From the NCBI GenBank assembly GCA_036381615.1, contig DASVCL010000012.1, forward strand, positions 56,823-120,822: 64,000 nucleotides of DNA. Reading direction: 5' to 3'. A program made the translations under genes and the position numbers. The notes beneath the pieces are model-generated. The model saw nothing but the letters and a program-made list of their open reading frames with translations. It was not told where the DNA came from and ran no database searches. Source of the stretch: Alphaproteobacteria bacterium. GTDB taxonomy: Bacteria > Pseudomonadota > Alphaproteobacteria > CACIAM-22H2. Each line of letters opens with the position of its first letter. Position 1 is the stretch's first letter. This document shows positions 59,689 to 64,000 of the stretch, piece by piece.

Positions 59689-61131
59689 ATGACGATGCTT
59701 CCATCCGTGCGTGAAATCGTCCTGGCAGAAGCGCTCGACCGAATCCGGGCGGTCGTGGGACCGACCGGCTGGACCACCGATCCGGCCGAAATGGCGCCGC
59801 ATCTGGTCGAGGAGCGCGGCCTCTATCGCGGCCGCGCGCTGATGGTCGTTCGCCCGGCCTCGACGTCGCAGGTCGCCGATATCGTGCGCATCTGTGCCGA
59901 GGCCGAGCTCCCGATTGTGCCGCAGGGCGGCAATACGGGCCTCGTCGGCGGCGGCGTGCCGCATGAGCGGGGCGACGAAATCGTCTTGAGCCTGTCGCGG
60001 ATGAACCGCGTCCGGGCCGTCGATCCGCTTAACTATACGATTACGGTCGAGGCCGGGTGCATCCTCGCCAACGTGCAGCAGGCCGCCGAACAGGCCGATC
60101 GGCTCTTTCCCTTGAGCCTCGGCGCCGAGGGCACGTGCCAGATCGGCGGCAATCTGTCGACGAACGCGGGCGGAATTGGGGTCCTGCGCTACGGCATGGC
60201 CCGCGACCTCGTACTTGGTCTGGAGGTCGTCCTGCCGGACGGGCGGATCTGGGACGGGCTCACGGGACTGCGCAAGGACAATACCGGCTACGACCTGAAA
60301 CAGCTCTTCATCGGTGCGGAGGGAACGCTCGGCATCATCACGGCCGCCGTCCTCAAGCTGTTCCCGCGGCCGTGCAGCATCGAAACCGCCTTCATCGGTG
60401 TTCCCGATCCGGCGGCCGCGATCGAGCTGCTCGCCCGGCTGCGAGCCGGTACGGGCGACTGCGTCACCGCGTTCGAACTGATCTCGCGGACCGTGCTCGA
60501 GATGGCGCTGCGGCACATCCCCGGGACGGCCGATCCTCTTGCCGACCAGCATCCCTGGTACGTCCTCATGGAAGCGTCGTCCGGAGAGGCGACCGGCGGC
60601 CTGCGCACCAGCGTTGAAGCCGTTCTGGCCGAGGCTGCCGAGGCCGGTCTGGTGCGCGATGCAACCATCGCCGCCTCCGGCGAGCAGGCAAGGGCGCTCT
60701 GGCGGCTGCGCGAGACACTGACGGAGGCGCAGAAGCCGGAAGGCGGCAGCATCAAGCACGACGTGTCCGTACCCGTCTCGAAAGTGCCTGAGTTCATCGC
60801 ACGCGCCACCAGTGCCTGCGAGGCGGCCCTGCCCGGCATCCGGGTGGTTGCCTTCGGTCACGTCGGCGACGGCAACATCCACTTCAATCTGAGCCAGCCT
60901 GTCGGTGCCGACCGGGGCACTTACCTGGCCCGCTGGGCGGAATTCAACCGGATCGTCCACGATATCGTCGCCGAACTCGGCGGCAGCATCTCGGCCGAGC
61001 ACGGAATCGGCCGACTCAAGCGCGACGAGCTCGTCCACTACAAGTCGCCGGTGGCCATCGAACTGATGCGAACGCTCAAGCGCGCTCTCGATCCGAAAGG
61101 CATCATGAATCCAGGCAAGGTAATCGAATGA
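59689..61131 (+). CDS. FAD-linked oxidoreductase (D-2-hydroxyacid dehydrogenase, GlcD/D2HGDH-like)
   Basis: PQGGNTGLVGG, GGNLSTNAGG, RKDNTGYDL, GHVGDGNIH and SAEHGIG motifs. Confidence 0.92.
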   Translation: MTMLPSVREIVLAEALDRIRAVVGPTGWTTDPAEMAPHLVEERGLYRGRALMVVRPASTSQVADIVRICAEAELPIVPQGGNTGLVGGGVPHERGDEIVLSLSRMNRVRAVDPLNYTITVEAGCILANVQQAAEQADRLFPLSLGAEGTCQIGGNLSTNAGGIGVLRYGMARDLVLGLEVVLPDGRIWDGLTGLRKDNTGYDLKQLFIGAEGTLGIITAAVLKLFPRPCSIETAFIGVPDPAAAIELLARLRAGTGDCVTAFELISRTVLEMALRHIPGTADPLADQHPWYVLMEASSGEATGGLRTSVEAVLAEAAEAGLVRDATIAASGEQARALWRLRETLTEAQKPEGGSIKHDVSVPVSKVPEFIARATSACEAALPGIRVVAFGHVGDGNIHFNLSQPVGADRGTYLARWAEFNRIVHDIVAELGGSISAEHGIGRLKRDELVHYKSPVAIELMRTLKRALDPKGIMNPGKVIE

Positions 61132-62921
61132 CCTACGTTGCACCGCTCAAGGACATGCAGTTCGTCCTGCGCGAGCTTGCGGGACTTGAACGCATCGCCG
61201 CCCTGCCTGGGGGCGAGGCGGCGGAGCCCGAGCTCGTCGCCCAGATGCTCGAGCAGGCCGCCAAACTGGCGGAAGAGGAACTGGCGCCGCTGAATGCGTC
61301 CGGCGACCGTATCGGTTCGGTGCTGGAGAACGGCGTGGTCCGCACGCCGCCGGGCTGGCGCGACGCCTATCGCAAGTACGTCGACGGCGGTTGGAACAGC
61401 GTCCCCTTCGATCCCGAGTATGGCGGGCAAGGCGTTCCATGGGTGGTCGCCACGGCCATCCAGGAAATGTGGCAGTCAGCCAACATGTCGTTCGGCCTCT
61501 GCCCGCTCCTCAACCAAGGTGCCGTGGAATTGTTGCAGGCACATGGTTCGCCGGAGCAGAAGCGCCTGTTCCTGCCGAAGATGATTTCGGGCGAATGGAC
61601 CGGAACGATGAACCTGACCGAGCCGCAGGCGGGCTCCGACGTCGGGGCGCTGCGCACGCGGGCCGTGCCGGCCGACGGCCATTACCGGATAACCGGTCAG
61701 AAGATCTTCATCACCTATGGCGAACACGATCTCGCCGACAACATCATCCATATGGTCCTCGCGCGAACCCCGGGCGCCCCGGCCGGGACGCGCGGCATCT
61801 CGCTTTTCATCGTGCCGAAGATCCTGGTCGGCCCCGATGGCAGGCTGCAGGGCCGCAACGACCTGCGGTGCGTCTCGTTGGAACACAAACTCGGGATCAA
61901 GGCGTCGCCGACGGCCGTCATGGCTTACGGCGACAATGACGGCGCCATCGGGTTTCTCGTGGGCGAGGAGAACCGCGGCCTCGAGTACATGTTCACGATG
62001 ATGAACAATGCCCGCCTCAACGTCGGGCTTCAGGGCGTCGCGATTGCCGAGCGTGCGTACCAGCAGGCGCGCGACTATGCCAGGGCCCGGATTCAGGGGC
62101 GGGATCTTGCCGGCCGTTCCCCAGAGGCGGTCGCCATCATCAATCACCCGGACGTCCGCCGCATGTTGCTGACCATGCGGGCGGCGACAGAAGCGGGGCG
62201 TGCCCTCACCTACTACGCATTTGCCGCTCTCGACCTCGCCAGGCGCCACCCCGATGCCGGGGAACGCGCCCGCCAGCAGGCGCTCGCCGACCTGCTGACC
62301 CCGGTGGCGAAGGCATGGTGCACGGATCTCGGCGTCGAAGTCGCGTCGACCGGCGTCCAGGTGCACGGTGGCGTCGGCTTCATCGAGGAGACCGGCGCCG
62401 CGCAGCACTTGCGGGATGCGCGAATCGCCCCGATCTACGAAGGCACCAACGGCATCCAGGCAAACGACCTCGTCTTCCGGAAGATCGGCCGCGACGAAGG
62501 TGCCGCCGCGCAAGCCTTCCTCGACGAGGTGGGAGCCCTCGAGGCGAAACTGGCCACCGCCCCCGGCGAGGATCTCGCCAAAATCGGCGCCCAGCTCGCC
62601 GCCGGCGTGTCGGCGCTCCGCGACGCAACTGGATGGATCGTCGCGACCCAGCGGCAGGAGCCGCGCGCGGTCGCGGCGGGGGCGGTGCCGTATCTGCGGC
62701 TGTTTGGCACCGTCGCCGGCGGGTACCTGATGGCGAAGGCGGCGCTCGCGGCCCAGCGGGCCGTTGCCGACGGCGCCGCGGGCGACCGGGCGTTCTGCGA
62801 AACCAAGATCGCCACGGCGCGTTTCTATGCCGACCATTTCCTCAGTCAGGCGCCCATGCTGCTTCATCCCGTCACGCGCGGCGCCGACAGCATCCTCCGA
62901 GTCGCTGACGATCAGTTCTGA
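61128..62921 (+). CDS. acyl-CoA dehydrogenase (long, DmdC-like clade)
   Basis: GTMNLTEPQAGSD, G.KIFIT.GEH, EHKLGI.ASPT, HGG.GF and IYEGTNGIQ motifs; ATGA coupling. Confidence 0.93.
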   Translation: MTYVAPLKDMQFVLRELAGLERIAALPGGEAAEPELVAQMLEQAAKLAEEELAPLNASGDRIGSVLENGVVRTPPGWRDAYRKYVDGGWNSVPFDPEYGGQGVPWVVATAIQEMWQSANMSFGLCPLLNQGAVELLQAHGSPEQKRLFLPKMISGEWTGTMNLTEPQAGSDVGALRTRAVPADGHYRITGQKIFITYGEHDLADNIIHMVLARTPGAPAGTRGISLFIVPKILVGPDGRLQGRNDLRCVSLEHKLGIKASPTAVMAYGDNDGAIGFLVGEENRGLEYMFTMMNNARLNVGLQGVAIAERAYQQARDYARARIQGRDLAGRSPEAVAIINHPDVRRMLLTMRAATEAGRALTYYAFAALDLARRHPDAGERARQQALADLLTPVAKAWCTDLGVEVASTGVQVHGGVGFIEETGAAQHLRDARIAPIYEGTNGIQANDLVFRKIGRDEGAAAQAFLDEVGALEAKLATAPGEDLAKIGAQLAAGVSALRDATGWIVATQRQEPRAVAAGAVPYLRLFGTVAGGYLMAKAALAAQRAVADGAAGDRAFCETKIATARFYADHFLSQAPMLLHPVTRGADSILRVADDQF

Positions 62922-63112
62922 CTCGACCGTTCCTTCCTGAACGCGCCGCCGCCGGAAAGGCCCGAGAGCCCGCGCCGGGCGCGATATTGCCGCGCGCCGA
63001 GGGAAAATTTACGGTCGGCGCTTAGTTTTTTCTTGCATCGGGGGGGCTTTGGTCCCAAATAGCGATCCTCGTAATCCTTATCTCTTTCGGGACAGGAGGA
63101 TGATGGAAAGAG

Positions 63113-63631
63113 ATGGCGAAGGCGTCGGTCCATAAGTTGGGAGTGGTGACGGGTGGGCGGCGTGGCAGCGCCGCAGCGATGAAGGCGCAGGCGACTGTTT
63201 CGTCGGCGCAGCCACTGGCGGTTGCTCAGACTCCGGCGCAGGCCGAGCCGACTCCCGCGAAGGATTACTTCGTCGAACGCAACGGCGTGAAGTTTGCCGG
63301 CACCCACCTGCTCGTGGAGCTCTGGGGGGCCAAGAACCTTGGCGATCTTACGATCACCGACGCCATGCTGCGCGACTCGACGAGCGCGGCCGGTGCGACT
63401 CTGCTGCACGTCCACCTGCACCACTTCGGCCCGAACGCCGGCCTGTCGGGCGTGGCCGTGCTGGCGGAGAGTCACATCTCGATCCACACCTGGCCGGAAC
63501 GCGGCTACGCGGCGATCGACATCTTCATGTGCGGCGCCTGCGATCCGTACAAGGCGATCCCGGTGATCCGCCGCGCATTCGAGCCGGCCTCCGTCCAGAT
63601 CTCCGAACAGAAGCGCGGAGTGATCGCGTGA
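63113..63631 (+). CDS. speD: S-adenosylmethionine decarboxylase proenzyme (class 1B)
   Basis: [22 protein letters not shown] self-cleavage site and DIFMCG; ~50 aa Ala-rich N-terminal extension. Confidence 0.93.
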   Translation: MAKASVHKLGVVTGGRRGSAAAMKAQATVSSAQPLAVAQTPAQAEPTPAKDYFVERNGVKFAGTHLLVELWGAKNLGDLTITDAMLRDSTSAAGATLLHVHLHHFGPNAGLSGVAVLAESHISIHTWPERGYAAIDIFMCGACDPYKAIPVIRRAFEPASVQISEQKRGVIA

Positions 63632-64000
63632 GCCAGCCGAAGAACGGCGACCTTGCCGACGGCTGGTTCCAGGAAAAGCTGTTCCCGCACGTACGGCAGA
63701 CGTTCCAGATCTCGCAGATCATCTATCGCGAGCGGACCGAGCACCAGGACCTGGTGATCTTCGAGACGCCGACCTACGGTCGGGTGCTTGCCCTGGACGA
63801 CGTCATCCAGGTCACGGAAAAGGACGAGTTCGTCTATCACGAGATGATGACGCACGTGCCGATCCTTGCCCACGGCAAGGCGCGCAAGGTGCTCATCATC
63901 GGTGGCGGCGACGGCGGCATTCTGCGCGAGACGCTGCGACACAAGGACGTCCAGAAGGTCACGATGGTCGAGATCGACCGCGGCGTCGTCGACATGTGCC
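63628..64000 (+). CDS. speE: spermidine synthase (truncated by window edge; absent from ORF track)
   Basis: Own translation from GTG 63628: ...[41 protein letters not shown]...[14 protein letters not shown]. Confidence 0.93.
   Translation, partial: MSQPKNGDLADGWFQEKLFPHVRQTFQISQIIYRERTEHQDLVIFETPTYGRVLALDDVIQVTEKDEFVYHEMMTHVPILAHGKARKVLIIGGGDGGILRETLRHKDVQKVTMVEIDRGVVDMC

Noticed and set aside
1-64000. CRISPR arrays, tRNA/rRNA, IS elements, integrases, toxin-antitoxin or defence systems
   Set aside because: No repeat-spacer pattern, RNA-gene signature or transposase/integrase motif seen

Overview
High-GC alphaproteobacterial chromosome segment; no rRNA, tRNA, CRISPR or IS element was recognised. 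Housekeeping flanks are fabD-fabG-acpP-fabF-mltG and a lone phnN on the left, and a Liv-type ABC transporter, FAD oxidoreductase, acyl-CoA dehydrogenase and speD-speE on the right. They enclose a ~48 kb general-stress-response (GSR) island (about 6.4-54.5 kb). The island holds its own regulators (sigma-EcfG, NepR, PhyR, plus a second orphan NepR-like gene). By eye I found 14 GGAAC-N16/17-(C/A)GTT sigma-EcfG-type promoters (11 exact, 3 with one mismatch), all upstream of and facing annotated genes. Island content includes a trehalose/alpha-glucan cluster (otsA, glgE, treS-mak, glgB, glgX, treZ, malQ, treY), protein quality control (Hsp20-Lon, PIMT fused to an erythromycin-esterase-like domain), Fe-SOD, three PRC-barrel proteins and small stress proteins. 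A LigD polymerase domain sits behind a decayed ligase remnant. The best candidate for an undescribed system is a divergent, doubly sigma-EcfG-driven cluster at 6382-15705. It pairs inositol-3-phosphate synthase plus a histidine phosphatase with an operon of glycosyltransferases, a nucleotidyltransferase, a methyltransferase, two GNATs and an apparently circularly permuted GH-A hydrolase. This suggests a stress-induced, possibly inositol-containing, methylated and acylated glycoconjugate. All family assignments come from motif recognition, not database searches.
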